From contig CAYNZZ010000006.1 in the NCBI GenBank assembly GCA_964401865.1, positions 3,398 to 35,397 of the forward strand: a stretch of DNA of 32,000 nucleotides. The letters are read 5' to 3'. The translations under genes and the position numbers were made by a program. The notes beneath the pieces are model-generated. The model made no database searches. It had not been told where the DNA came from and worked only from the letters and a program-made list of their open reading frames with translations. This document shows, piece by piece, positions 7,369 through 17,258 of the stretch (its first letter is position 1; every line of letters begins with the position of its first letter). The stretch is from an uncultured Erysipelotrichaceae bacterium. GTDB lineage: Bacteria > Bacillota_I > Bacilli_A > Erysipelotrichales > Erysipelotrichaceae.

Positions 7369-8714
7369 AACTCGATTTCATTTAAGTTTTTGATTGCTTC
7401 AACGTAGATTTCTACTTGTGAAACTAAATCGCTAATCTTTAGTTTTTCGTTAGCATCGTGAATATGATTATCATCATTTAAAAATTCGCAACCAAAAGCG
7501 ATGCAATTTTTAATCGATTTAGCATATGTTCCACCACCAATAGCCATCATCTTGCTTTCTGTGTCACCAGTTACAGTTTGATAGGCCTTTAATAAAGCTT
7601 GAATCATTGGACTATCAGTTTTAAAGAATAGTGGTTCATGAATTGATTTAATCTCAAATGAATTGTTGCCCAAATTTAGATTATCCAAATATTTTAAAAC
7701 TTCTTCGCTCTTTCTAGTAACCGGGAAACGAAGATCGACACTAGCGATTATATTGTTTCCGACTTTGTGAATAATTCCAATATTAATAGATGTATCAGTA
7801 TATTCATCTTTTAGTTCATCTAGCTTTAATAGTTCACCATGATTAGTTAAAGCGAATTTATCGTGATAATAAGAGACAAATTCATCTTGGAATCCCGCAT
7901 AGTATAAGCCTTCCATTAAGTAACTGATAGCGTTTTTACCTAAATCCGGCATCGAAGCGTGAGCAGCCTTGCCATAAACCATTATCGTAATAGTTTCTTC
8001 GCTCTTGATGATATCGTATTCGATTTCATGCTCTTTAAAGAATGAATTTAGCTTTCTCTCATCATAAGAATTAACTAAAACTTCACAGATAACTTTTTTA
8101 TTAACGATATTGCTGGCATCACCACCATCAATTTTAACAATCTTAGAACTAACGTTTTTTATTTGCCCGGCAATCATACCCTTTTCGGCAAAGATACCCG
8201 GGAATTCTCCATCAGGTGTAAAACCTAAATCAATATGCCCTTCTTTTTCTACATAGTGCTTTATACAATTACTGCCCGTTTCTTCATTGCATCCAACAAT
8301 AAGTCTTACGCGTTTTTTGAATGGATAGTTTATTTCTTTTAGATATTTTAAGGCATACATTGAGGCAACGACAGCTCCCTTATCATCGCTAACCCCTCTT
8401 CCATAAACGCAATCATCTTTAAATGTCAAGGTAAATGGATCACTTTCCCAACCATCGCCAGCAGGCACAACATCTAAATGAGCTAAAATACCAATGGTCT
8501 TATCACCTTCACCTAACTCACCATAACCACAGTAGTAATCTAAATTATGAGTAACTAGACCATTTTCTTCCATCATCTTTAATGCGGCGTCCAATACTTC
8601 CCTATTAGTTTTGCCAAAAGGCTTTTCATCGTCGCTATAAACAGAATTATAGCTGACTAAAACCTTTAAATCCTCTAACATTTTATCTATATTCTTTGAA
8701 ATAAAAGTTTGCAT
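7365..8714 (-). CDS. pepV: M20-family dipeptidase (PepV/Sapep-like)
   Basis: 449 aa with HLDVVP, GRGVSDDKG and NEETG metal-ligand motifs, and length and organisation typical of PepV. GGAGG RBS at 8724-8728. Confidence 0.85.
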   Translation of the reverse strand: MQTFISKNIDKMLEDLKVLVSYNSVYSDDEKPFGKTNREVLDAALKMMEENGLVTHNLDYYCGYGELGEGDKTIGILAHLDVVPAGDGWESDPFTLTFKDDCVYGRGVSDDKGAVVASMYALKYLKEINYPFKKRVRLIVGCNEETGSNCIKHYVEKEGHIDLGFTPDGEFPGIFAEKGMIAGQIKNVSSKIVKIDGGDASNIVNKKVICEVLVNSYDERKLNSFFKEHEIEYDIIKSEETITIMVYGKAAHASMPDLGKNAISYLMEGLYYAGFQDEFVSYYHDKFALTNHGELLKLDELKDEYTDTSINIGIIHKVGNNIIASVDLRFPVTRKSEEVLKYLDNLNLGNNSFEIKSIHEPLFFKTDSPMIQALLKAYQTVTGDTESKMMAIGGGTYAKSIKNCIAFGCEFLNDDNHIHDANEKLKISDLVSQVEIYVEAIKNLNEIEL

Positions 8715-8758
8715 AAATTATAACCTCCAAATATATGTATAAATTATAACGCAATTAT

Positions 8759-8785
8759 AAAAAAAGAAGAAACTTTTGTTTCTTC
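8759..8785 (-). terminator. Rho-independent terminator after xth
   Basis: 8-bp stem gaagaaac/gtttcttc (8766-8773 / 8778-8785) with a tttt loop, followed on the minus strand by T7 (8759-8765). Starts directly after the xth stop. Confidence 0.7.
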
Positions 8786-9547
8786 CTATATTTTGACATC
8801 TATCTCTAACGATACCGGACAGTGATCAGAACCCATAATATCATTATGGATCTCGCTTTTTATAAGTTTATCTTTCAAACGCTCCGATACTACAAAATAG
8901 TCAATACGCCAACCAGCATTTCTGTCTCTAGCATAAGTTCGATAAGACCACCAAGAATATTTTACTTCTTCTGGATGCATATAGCGATATGTATCAACAA
9001 AACCACAAGACAATAATTCGCTAAACTTAGCTCTTTCTTCGTCGGAAAAACCAGCTGAAAAATGATTGGCACTTGGATTGATCAAATCGATCTCACTATG
9101 AGCCACATTGAGATCACCGGTATAAATAACTGGTTTTATCTTGTCTAATTTGACCAAATGTCTTCGTAAGTCATCTTCCCAATGCATACGATAATCTAAA
9201 CGTTTTAAACCATCTTTAGAGTTAGGAACATAAGCGCACACAAAATAGAATTCTCTATATTCTAGGGTTATCACCCTTCCTTCAAGTGGATGGTCATCAC
9301 CCTCAATATCATATGTTACAGAAAGCGGCTTTTCTTTCGCAAGAATCATTGTTCCTGAATAGCCTTTTCTTTCGGCAGAATTCATAAAACGATGATAACC
9401 ATCAAAAGAAATGTTTAACTGCCCCTCTTGCATTTTTGTTTCCTGAAAAGCAAAGAAATCGGGTTTTTCTTCATTGATAAATGGAATGAGCGTACCTTTC
9501 TGTAAGAGTGCTCTTAATCCATTAACATTCCAACTGATAGCTTTCAT
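8786..9547 (-). CDS. xth: Exodeoxyribonuclease III (AP endonuclease)
   Basis: 253 aa, MKAISWNVNGLRA...QETK...GDLNVAH...SDHCPV. Start overlaps the upstream stop by 1 nt (TAATG). Confidence 0.92.
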   Translation of the reverse strand: MKAISWNVNGLRALLQKGTLIPFINEEKPDFFAFQETKMQEGQLNISFDGYHRFMNSAERKGYSGTMILAKEKPLSVTYDIEGDDHPLEGRVITLEYREFYFVCAYVPNSKDGLKRLDYRMHWEDDLRRHLVKLDKIKPVIYTGDLNVAHSEIDLINPSANHFSAGFSDEERAKFSELLSCGFVDTYRYMHPEEVKYSWWSYRTYARDRNAGWRIDYFVVSERLKDKLIKSEIHNDIMGSDHCPVSLEIDVKI

Positions 9548-11301
9548 TAAATTTCTCTTGTAGCGTACTGCAAGAACGATTTTTCATCTTCGTTCAAATA
9601 CGGAGATAGCTTTTCAAAAACTTCTTTATGGTATGCGTTTAATACATGTCTTGTCTTATCGTCAAGATAATTGATATCAATCAGATCTAAATCAAATGGG
9701 CACATTGTAAGAGTTTCAAAGCGATAGAATTCGCCCCATTTATTATTGTAAGCTTCAGTGCATAGAAGCATATTTTCGCATCTAATACCAAATTCTCCTT
9801 CAAGATAAACACCAGGTTCATCCGAAGTGATATGTCCTGGAACAATCGAAACTTGCTCAGTTTTTGATTCTGTCTTATATGGACGAATATTTGGTGGCAT
9901 TTCATGAACAGCAGAAACATGTCCAACTCCATGTCCAGTGCCACATAAATAATCAATGCCTAATGACCATAATTCTTTTCTGGCAAGGATGTCTAATTGG
10001 CAACCGCTCATTCCCTTTTTGAATACTACTTCGCTTAGTTCAAACATTGATTTCAATACTATTGTAAAGTATTTCTTAATTTCTGAAGATGTTTCACCTA
10101 AAGCGATGGTTCTAGTTATATCGGTAGTGCCCTCTAAGTATTGACCACCACTATCTACAAGCAAAATACCAGAATTGTCAAGTCTTGAACATTTGTCTTC
10201 TTTTGGTGAATAGTGCATCATTGCCGCATTGGCATTATATGCCACAATTGGTGAAAAACTTAAATCAAAGGCTCTATAACCTAAACGGAATTCATTAAGT
10301 TTTTTAGTGGCGTCATATTCAGTAATCAAAGATTTATCAACCGACTTTAGCCACATCAAAAATCTAGTCATTGCCACACCGTCGTAAATATGTGCCAATT
10401 TAGAATTTTCTTGTTCAACCTTATTCTTGACCGATTTCATATCTTCGACAATACTAGGCATATTAAAACATTTATTTGAGCTATGAAGTAATCTTGTAGT
10501 CTCATAATTGACTTTATTTTCATCTAATAAAACAGTTTGATTTTTGATCGTTTTGACAAATTCATAGTATTCATCATATGGTTTTACGCTTACACCATCA
10601 TCATATAACTTCATCAACATCTCTTCATTTAATCTATCCATATCAACGAATAAATAGACATCATCTTTATGAAAGATTAAGAAGGCTAAAAATACCGGTG
10701 TGCACGCAATATCATTACCTCTTAGATTCAACAGATAAGCAATTGATTCCAAGTTCGTTAAAATATGTGTTTTACCACTTAGACAGTATTTAACATCTCT
10801 TATCTTGTCTTTTGCTGATTTACCACTATATTTTTCATCTAATATGAATAATTGATCGCTTGATAAAGCAGCTCTGTCTTCCATGATACCGCTAACCAAA
10901 TCGATGCTTGTAACTTTATTGCCCTGTGAAATTAAAGACTTCACAAAACTTGTGCTAGCCAATTTACCGTCTAGCCCAACTGTTTTACCACGATAATTGG
11001 CTTTTAAAAATTCAAGTGGCTCTAGCACATTAGCCATGCCTAGACGCATTACTTCAATGTCGTTTTCTCTTGTTTCTTCTTCAGCTTGAATATGGTATCT
11101 TCCATCCACAAATAAATAAGTCTTATCTAGCGTGATAAGTAGAGTTCCAAGAGAACCAGTAAAACCAGAAAAATATCTTAAAATCTTATAATAATCAGGT
11201 ATGTATTCTGACATATGATCATCTGATGTCTTAATATAATAAACATCAAGATTATTTTCTTTCATCAGATACTTAATTTTTTCTAATCTATCTTTTATCA
11301 T
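9547..11301 (-). CDS. M24B aminopeptidase P family protein (Xaa-Pro aminopeptidase, long form)
   Basis: 584 aa with N-terminal creatinase/prolidase-type domains and a C-terminal pita-bread domain (DSGGQY...GTTDITRT...GHGVGH...EPG...ENM). Confidence 0.85.
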   Translation of the reverse strand: MIKDRLEKIKYLMKENNLDVYYIKTSDDHMSEYIPDYYKILRYFSGFTGSLGTLLITLDKTYLFVDGRYHIQAEEETRENDIEVMRLGMANVLEPLEFLKANYRGKTVGLDGKLASTSFVKSLISQGNKVTSIDLVSGIMEDRAALSSDQLFILDEKYSGKSAKDKIRDVKYCLSGKTHILTNLESIAYLLNLRGNDIACTPVFLAFLIFHKDDVYLFVDMDRLNEEMLMKLYDDGVSVKPYDEYYEFVKTIKNQTVLLDENKVNYETTRLLHSSNKCFNMPSIVEDMKSVKNKVEQENSKLAHIYDGVAMTRFLMWLKSVDKSLITEYDATKKLNEFRLGYRAFDLSFSPIVAYNANAAMMHYSPKEDKCSRLDNSGILLVDSGGQYLEGTTDITRTIALGETSSEIKKYFTIVLKSMFELSEVVFKKGMSGCQLDILARKELWSLGIDYLCGTGHGVGHVSAVHEMPPNIRPYKTESKTEQVSIVPGHITSDEPGVYLEGEFGIRCENMLLCTEAYNNKWGEFYRFETLTMCPFDLDLIDINYLDDKTRHVLNAYHKEVFEKLSPYLNEDEKSFLQYATREI

Positions 11302-11403
11302 ACTTTCACCTCTTTTTATTTTACCCTAAGTATAATATAAATATAGGAAAAGAAAATCACTTTTTTTATTTTGATTATACTTGATACCATTTATATTTAA
11401 ATG

Positions 11404-11412
11404 TGATAGAAT
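11404..11412 (+). promoter_or_regulatory. Extended -10-like element (TGaTAGAAT) 8 nt upstream of the PBP ATG
   Basis: TGATAGAAT at 11404-11412, then attttaat, then ATG at 11421. No Shine-Dalgarno sequence. Confidence 0.3.
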
Positions 11413-11420
11413 ATTTTAAT

Positions 11421-14168
11421 ATGAGAAAGAAAGATATTTTAAAAAAACATAAAAAGAAAAAAACGCTTAGACAGATAAGAAAAGAAAACCAAGCTCATTT
11501 GAAAAGCGAAAGACATCAGTATAAAAAGTTTGATGAACCGGTCAAATTAAATAGCGCTGCCATTATAAAAGAAGCAAAAAAAGATGATAATATCATCAAA
11601 AAAGAGGAAGCGAAAGCAGATAATTCTATTAGTGACAAGCCGAACAAAAAAATAAACAATGGTTCATCGCGTCCTAAAGGAAAGAAAATAACTTTCGTTT
11701 TGGCTATACTTGTTTCTGTTGTTACTTGTATTTGTATAGTCGTGGGATGTATATGTTTAAAGTTTGCATACGATATGCTTCAAAATAAACCAGAACTGAA
11801 TGTCGATGACTTGCGTTCCCCTAACTCATCATTAATTCTCGACAAAGACGGCAATGTAGTTATGGAACTCGGTTTATACCTAAGAGAAAACATCGATTAT
11901 GAAGATATGCCTAACTGTCTAATTGATGCTTTCTTGTCTATCGAAGACTCGCGTTTCTTCTCTCACTTCGGTTTTGATATCCCTCGTTTCACTATGGCGG
12001 CTATTGAAAACTTAAGGGCTGGCGATTTTGGTCAAGGCGGTTCAACCATCACAATGCAACTCATAAAAAACACTTACTTTCAAATTGACGATGATGAAAA
12101 CTCAACCATGGCTGATAGAGATGGTTTGGCTGGTATCCGTCGTAAGTTGCAGGAAATCGTATTATCAATCGAACTAAACTCAGAAATTTCTAAGCAAGAA
12201 ACAATGGCTTTATTCTTGAACAAAATCAACTTCGGCAATAATATTCGTGGTGTTGAAAAAGCAGCTCAATATTATTTCGGCAAGAGTGCAAGTGAATTAA
12301 ATCTATCTGAAAGTGCTTTTTTGGCAGGTATTATCAATTCACCTAATAATTACAATCCATACAATGACTTATATAAAGATAATCCAAATTACATCTATTT
12401 AAATCCCGATATTGAATATCTTTCTAACGCTACTGCCAGAAGGAATGAAGTATTGGATTTAATGGTCTATCATGGTTATATAACTAAAGAAGAAGCTGAA
12501 CTCGCCAAAAGCGTTAAAATGGAAGACTTATTGGCAGGTATTGGCGAAGAATATGCGCAAACCAATAAAGTCTATCAAAGCTATATTGATGCCGTAATCG
12601 ATGAAGTAATCGAAGAAACAGGGGAAAGCCCATATAATGTTCCGATGATTATTTACACTAATATGGATCCTTATATGCAAGAACTTCTTCACGATATTCA
12701 AAACGATAACACCGATATTAATTTCAGGCTTGATTCAATGCAATCGGCTATCGTCATTATGAATAATCAGACTGGCGATTTGATTGCTTTGAGTGGCGGT
12801 CGCGGACAAAACGAATCTAGAATGTTTAATCGTGCTACCAGCGCTTACATTCAGCCCGGCTCAACCATCAAACCTATATTTGAATACGCTTTAGCCTTTG
12901 AATACTTAGGTTGGGCTACATCTCATACTATTACTGACCAACCGATTTGGCTATATAATTCTAATCATTTAATTAGAAACGCTGGTGGTCAAGCTTATAC
13001 TGGTGATATGTTATTGACCGAAGCAGTTGCTCGTTCATTAAATACTCCGGCCATTCAAACTTTGCAGGCTGTCATCGACGAAATCGGAGAAGATGCTTGT
13101 GTAGATTATCTAAGAAGCATTGGATTTGATGTCGATTATGAAGATTTCGACTTACAATTCGCTATCGGTGGTAATAAATTGATAACTACTCCCGTTCAAT
13201 TAGGAGCTGCTCACGGCATGCTTATAAATGAAGGATACTATGTAAAACCGCATACTATCAATCATATCGAATACTTCGATGGTCGTGATGATTATGTCGC
13301 CGATACTCAAGGAACTCAAGTTCTATCATCCGGTGCCGCATATTTATCAGCATATCTTGAAGAATATAATGTATCTGGACCATATTTCAACTATATGCAA
13401 ATATTAAGAAGTGATTATCCTGTTTACGCTAAAACTGGTACGACAGACTGGGGTGATTCAGGACTTGCATATGGTATTCCTAGGGGTGCCGCTAAGGACT
13501 CGTGGCTGGTTTGTCAGACATCGGATTACACAGCAACTATTTGGTTAGGCTTTGACAAAGCTGCAAAAGGAACTTACTTTACAACTTACGATGATAACTA
13601 CAATGCCAAAGGTCGCATAGGAAGATTGATATTAGATACTTTAGAGGAACATTATGATTACAATCCTCGAGCAATTGAACAACCTGATGAAGTAACTAAA
13701 ATTACTCACATCAAAGGTTTATTCCCATATTGTTATCCAGACCGCGGAAGTTCTGTTACAGGCTTAATTCTCGATAAGTACAATAAATTAGTAAGTGCCG
13801 ATACCATTGAATTAAAGACAAAGGTTGGAAGTCTAACTGGTATGGGCGGAACGATTGATAGTAGTGGCAATTACACAATATACTGGTATGGATACAGATC
13901 ATCTAATGGCGATACCATGGATATCTCAGCTACGAATATGTATGGCAAAACTGAACATGCCTTCGGTAGATGTTACTATCCGCGTTACACTTACATTGGT
14001 GCATCAAATTATTATGCAACTATTAGTGTAAATGGAAATACTGTTTCAACCATTGAAAGCTCATCACCTAGCTATTCTGGTAGCATTTCATACGAACCAG
14101 GTCAAACTGTTCAAGTATGCGGTTGGACATCAAATGGTGAAGGCGAAAAATGTGCTACAATTAAATAA
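11421..14168 (+). CDS. Class A penicillin-binding protein (bifunctional glycosyltransferase/transpeptidase, PBP1A-type)
   Basis: GT51 motifs EDSRFFSHFGFD and GGSTITMQL. Transpeptidase motifs STIKP (SxxK) and KTGTT. A single TM helix follows a ~90-aa Lys-rich tail. ATG at 11421 preferred over the in-frame GTG at 11403 used by the ORF track. Confidence 0.9.
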   Translation: MRKKDILKKHKKKKTLRQIRKENQAHLKSERHQYKKFDEPVKLNSAAIIKEAKKDDNIIKKEEAKADNSISDKPNKKINNGSSRPKGKKITFVLAILVSVVTCICIVVGCICLKFAYDMLQNKPELNVDDLRSPNSSLILDKDGNVVMELGLYLRENIDYEDMPNCLIDAFLSIEDSRFFSHFGFDIPRFTMAAIENLRAGDFGQGGSTITMQLIKNTYFQIDDDENSTMADRDGLAGIRRKLQEIVLSIELNSEISKQETMALFLNKINFGNNIRGVEKAAQYYFGKSASELNLSESAFLAGIINSPNNYNPYNDLYKDNPNYIYLNPDIEYLSNATARRNEVLDLMVYHGYITKEEAELAKSVKMEDLLAGIGEEYAQTNKVYQSYIDAVIDEVIEETGESPYNVPMIIYTNMDPYMQELLHDIQNDNTDINFRLDSMQSAIVIMNNQTGDLIALSGGRGQNESRMFNRATSAYIQPGSTIKPIFEYALAFEYLGWATSHTITDQPIWLYNSNHLIRNAGGQAYTGDMLLTEAVARSLNTPAIQTLQAVIDEIGEDACVDYLRSIGFDVDYEDFDLQFAIGGNKLITTPVQLGAAHGMLINEGYYVKPHTINHIEYFDGRDDYVADTQGTQVLSSGAAYLSAYLEEYNVSGPYFNYMQILRSDYPVYAKTGTTDWGDSGLAYGIPRGAAKDSWLVCQTSDYTATIWLGFDKAAKGTYFTTYDDNYNAKGRIGRLILDTLEEHYDYNPRAIEQPDEVTKITHIKGLFPYCYPDRGSSVTGLILDKYNKLVSADTIELKTKVGSLTGMGGTIDSSGNYTIYWYGYRSSNGDTMDISATNMYGKTEHAFGRCYYPRYTYIGASNYYATISVNGNTVSTIESSSPSYSGSISYEPGQTVQVCGWTSNGEGEKCATIK

Positions 14169-14191
14169 AAAATAATCAAATGTTATAAAAT

Positions 14192-14218
14192 AAAAGGATA
14201 ACTTATAGTTATCCTTTT
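14192..14218. terminator. Bidirectional rho-independent terminator between the convergent PBP and gpsA genes
   Basis: 11-bp perfect stem aaaaggataac/gttatcctttt with a ttata loop. A/T runs on both sides. Confidence 0.7.
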
Positions 14219-14282
14219 ATATAAGCTCACTAAATGCAAATTACTAAAGCATAATCATCAAAGATAAGCTTCCTAAACATTT

Positions 14283-15275
14283 TTATAATTTTTCAGCCTT
14301 TAATGTTCTATTCATTAAATCGCCAATGGCTTCTGAAGGTTTTTTGCCCTTGTATAATACATTATAAACTTCGGTAGTGATAGGCATGTCGATGTTATGT
14401 TTTAATGCTAATTCATAGACAACTTTAGTAGTCATAACTCCTTCGGTTGTTTTGTTGTTAGACTTCAAAAATTCACTTGCATCATCTGCTTTGCCAATAG
14501 CTAGACCAGCATTAAAGTTACGAGAATGATACGAAGAACAAGTAACGATAAGATCTCCTACACCATTCAATCCTAGGAATGTTGATTGTTTGCCACCAAA
14601 ATATAAACCGAAACGCGTCATTTCGTATAAGCCTCTTGTCATCAAAGCAGCTCTTGCATTATCACCTTGGTTGATACCTTGCAAAGCACCGGAAGCAATT
14701 GCGAATACATTCTTACATGCCGCAGCTATTTCGGCCCCTGCAACATCGGTATTATAATAAACTCTAAAATATTGGTTTGAAAACAATTTCTGTATTTCTT
14801 TGGCGATTTTTTCATCTTCACAAACCGAATTAACCGTTGTAAGTAATCGAAGAATCACTTCTTCGGCATGCGAAGGGCCAATCAAAGATATTACATCCAA
14901 GCACATATCACCAGCTACTCTTTTAATAAAAACCGAAAGACGTTCAAATGTAATTGGATGAAAACCCTTTGACACATTAATAAAATATACAGGATGGTCT
15001 AAAACTTCTCTTATTTGTTCCATCACGCTTTCTAAAGCTTTAACTGGCGTCGCTAATAAAATAATATCAGCTTCATTCACCATATTAATATCAGATGTAG
15101 CTTGCAAAGAAATCGGTAAATCGACATTAAAATATTTATCGTTGCGATGATTAATATTGATGTCGTTTATTTCCTCTTTTGAAACACCATACATCATCAC
15201 ATCTTGATTATTATCAGTTAAAACTTGAGCTAAAGCCGTAGCCCAACTACCTGTGCCAATTATTCTTACTTTCAT
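14283..15275 (-). CDS. gpsA: NAD(P)H-dependent glycerol-3-phosphate dehydrogenase
   Basis: 330 aa with N-terminal Rossmann motif [12 protein letters not shown] and a conserved GpsA core (GPSHAEEV, NxxAGLAIG-like). ATGA overlap with der. Confidence 0.93.
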   Translation of the reverse strand: MKVRIIGTGSWATALAQVLTDNNQDVMMYGVSKEEINDININHRNDKYFNVDLPISLQATSDINMVNEADIILLATPVKALESVMEQIREVLDHPVYFINVSKGFHPITFERLSVFIKRVAGDMCLDVISLIGPSHAEEVILRLLTTVNSVCEDEKIAKEIQKLFSNQYFRVYYNTDVAGAEIAAACKNVFAIASGALQGINQGDNARAALMTRGLYEMTRFGLYFGGKQSTFLGLNGVGDLIVTCSSYHSRNFNAGLAIGKADDASEFLKSNNKTTEGVMTTKVVYELALKHNIDMPITTEVYNVLYKGKKPSEAIGDLMNRTLKAEKL

Positions 15276-16585
15276 TTTCCATCTCTCCTTCTAGCTAAAA
15301 TACGAATAGGAACTCCTTCAAATCCAAAGGCTTCTCTTAGCTTATTCTCGATATATCTTGAATATGAGAAGTGCATTAATTCTGGATCATTTACAAATAA
15401 GACAATTACACAAGGAGCAACTTGCACCTGTGAAGCATAGTATATTTTTAAACGTTTACCATTGTGGGTTTTTGGCGGATTAGTCATTTGCGCATCAAAT
15501 ATTACTTCATTTAATACATTAGTTTTAATGCGTAGATTAATATTCTCATAAACCATATCAATCAAAGGGAATAGAGTATGAACACGTTTTTTATTGATAG
15601 CCGATACAAAAGCAATAGGTGCATAGCTTAAATATGCAAACTCTTGGCGAATCTTCTTTTCGATCTCTATCATCGTTTTCTCATTCTTATCAACCAAATC
15701 CCATTTATTGTAAACGATGATTACACCCTTTAGACCTTCATGCGCCAAACCAGCTACATGTTTATCTTGGTCGATAATGCCTTTTTCGCCATCAATGACA
15801 ATTAATACGACATCAGCTCTATCTATAGCTGCTTTAGCTCTCAATACTGAATACTTTTCAATATTTTCATATATCTTACCACTTTTTCTAATACCAGCCG
15901 TATCAATTACTACATAATTTTTATCATTGTATGTAAATACTGTATCAACAGCATCTCTGGTTGTGCCTTCTATATCAGAAACAATAACTCTATCTTCATT
16001 TAAAAAAGCATTAGTTAAACTGCTCTTGCCAACATTTGGCCGACCAATAATCGCAAATTTAACCATTCCTTCGTATTCGTCTGTTTGTTTCTCCGGAAAT
16101 AGTTCAACACATTTATCCAATATATCGCCAATACCGATACCATGTGAACCCGATACAGCAATCGGATCACCTAAGCCTAGAGAATAAAACTCATAAATAT
16201 TATTAATCTTATCGAAATCATCTATTTTATTAACCCCTAATACAATAGGTTTTTGACTTTTTCTCAATAATTTGGCGATGTATTCATCATCATTAGTCAA
16301 CCCTTCTTGACCATTAGCGATAAACACAATAACATCAGCTTCCTTTATGGCGATATCGACTTGTGCCTTTATTTCTTTTTGAAATTGAACATCAGCAATT
16401 TGAATACCCCCAGTGTCAATAAAACGAATGTTTTTAGAAAGCCAGTTAGCTTCGCCATAAATTCTATCTCTTGTAACACCTGGAACATCTTCGACAATCG
16501 AAACACGTTCTTCCAGTATACGATTAAAAATCGTTGATTTCCCAACGTTTGGTCTACCAACGATTGCTACAATTCCATCAATCAT
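15272..16585 (-). CDS. der: Ribosome-biogenesis GTPase Der (EngA)
   Basis: 437 aa with tandem G domains (GRPNVGKST twice, DTGG/DTAG, NKxD twice) plus a KH-like C-terminus. Confidence 0.95.
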   Translation of the reverse strand: MIDGIVAIVGRPNVGKSTIFNRILEERVSIVEDVPGVTRDRIYGEANWLSKNIRFIDTGGIQIADVQFQKEIKAQVDIAIKEADVIVFIANGQEGLTNDDEYIAKLLRKSQKPIVLGVNKIDDFDKINNIYEFYSLGLGDPIAVSGSHGIGIGDILDKCVELFPEKQTDEYEGMVKFAIIGRPNVGKSSLTNAFLNEDRVIVSDIEGTTRDAVDTVFTYNDKNYVVIDTAGIRKSGKIYENIEKYSVLRAKAAIDRADVVLIVIDGEKGIIDQDKHVAGLAHEGLKGVIIVYNKWDLVDKNEKTMIEIEKKIRQEFAYLSYAPIAFVSAINKKRVHTLFPLIDMVYENINLRIKTNVLNEVIFDAQMTNPPKTHNGKRLKIYYASQVQVAPCVIVLFVNDPELMHFSYSRYIENKLREAFGFEGVPIRILARRRDGK

Positions 16586-16598
16586 CGAAAATTCTCCT

Positions 16599-17258
16599 TT
16601 ATTTTAGTTTTAAATTTACGATTTCCATTATTCTGTCTACTACTTCATCAATAGACATATCAGATGTATCTAATTCAATTGCATCATCAGCTTTTCTTAA
16701 AGGTGAATTGTCTCGATGCATATCTTGATAATCTCTTTTTTCTATATCTTCTAGAATCATATCAAAATCAGCATCAATACCTCTTTGTTTATCTTGAAGA
16801 TAGCGACGCATTGCCCTTTGTCGAGAACTAGCCACTAAAAATATTTTAACCTCAGCATCTTTAAGCACGACAGTGCCGATATCTCTACCATCCAGAATGT
16901 AACCTTTTGAACTAGCGATATTTTGTTGCATCTTAACAAGGGCACTACGGACCTTAGATAGTTTAGAAACATCAGATGCTGCCATTGATATTTCGTTGGT
17001 GCGAATTTTATTGCTTATTTCTTCACCATCAAGATAAATTTTACCATCATCGGTCATCTGCAGATGAATTGATTCAATCATCTTTTCGATTTCATCTTCG
17101 TCATCTAGTGCAATCCCTTTGTTCAAAGCACCATATGCAATGCTTCTATACATTGCACCAGTGTCCAAATGGACATATGATAACCTGTTTGACAAAATAT
17201 CGGCAACACTGCTTTTACCAGCGGCACTAGGACCGTCAATTGCAATATTAATTCTCAT
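16599..17258 (-). CDS. cmk: Cytidylate kinase
   Basis: [18 protein letters not shown]-loop start. The ATG at 17256-17258 overlaps the upstream TAA by 1 nt (TAATG). The longer track ORF (to 17288) would run 31 nt into the upstream gene. Confidence 0.93.
   Translation of the reverse strand: MRINIAIDGPSAAGKSSVADILSNRLSYVHLDTGAMYRSIAYGALNKGIALDDEDEIEKMIESIHLQMTDDGKIYLDGEEISNKIRTNEISMAASDVSKLSKVRSALVKMQQNIASSKGYILDGRDIGTVVLKDAEVKIFLVASSRQRAMRRYLQDKQRGIDADFDMILEDIEKRDYQDMHRDNSPLRKADDAIELDTSDMSIDEVVDRIMEIVNLKLK

Noticed and set aside
8743-8760. TTATAA-ttgcg-TTATAA symmetric element upstream of pepV as a possible Zur or other metalloregulator operator for the COG0523 operon
   Set aside because: It does not match the Zur box I remember (TCGTAAT-N-ATTACGA type). 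It is more simply explained as two overlapping AT-rich -10-like hexamers, so it is too weak to call without a genome-wide motif.
1901-16728. Many 60-90-aa ORFs in the track nested in or antisense to long genes (e.g. 1901-2095, 2928-3128, 7154-7336, 8822-9016, 9687-9956, 9956-10144, 10578-10793, 15717-15917, 15927-16187, 16307-16537, 16369-16560, 16534-16728; likewise 20615-20836, 21430-21627, 22177-22693, 23855-24100, 25617-26244, 27099-27344, 27634-27876, 28750-28959, 30428-30688)
   Set aside because: All lie entirely within confidently identified conserved genes. They lack ribosome-binding sites and have low-complexity or stop-poor AT-rich composition. They are chance ORFs.
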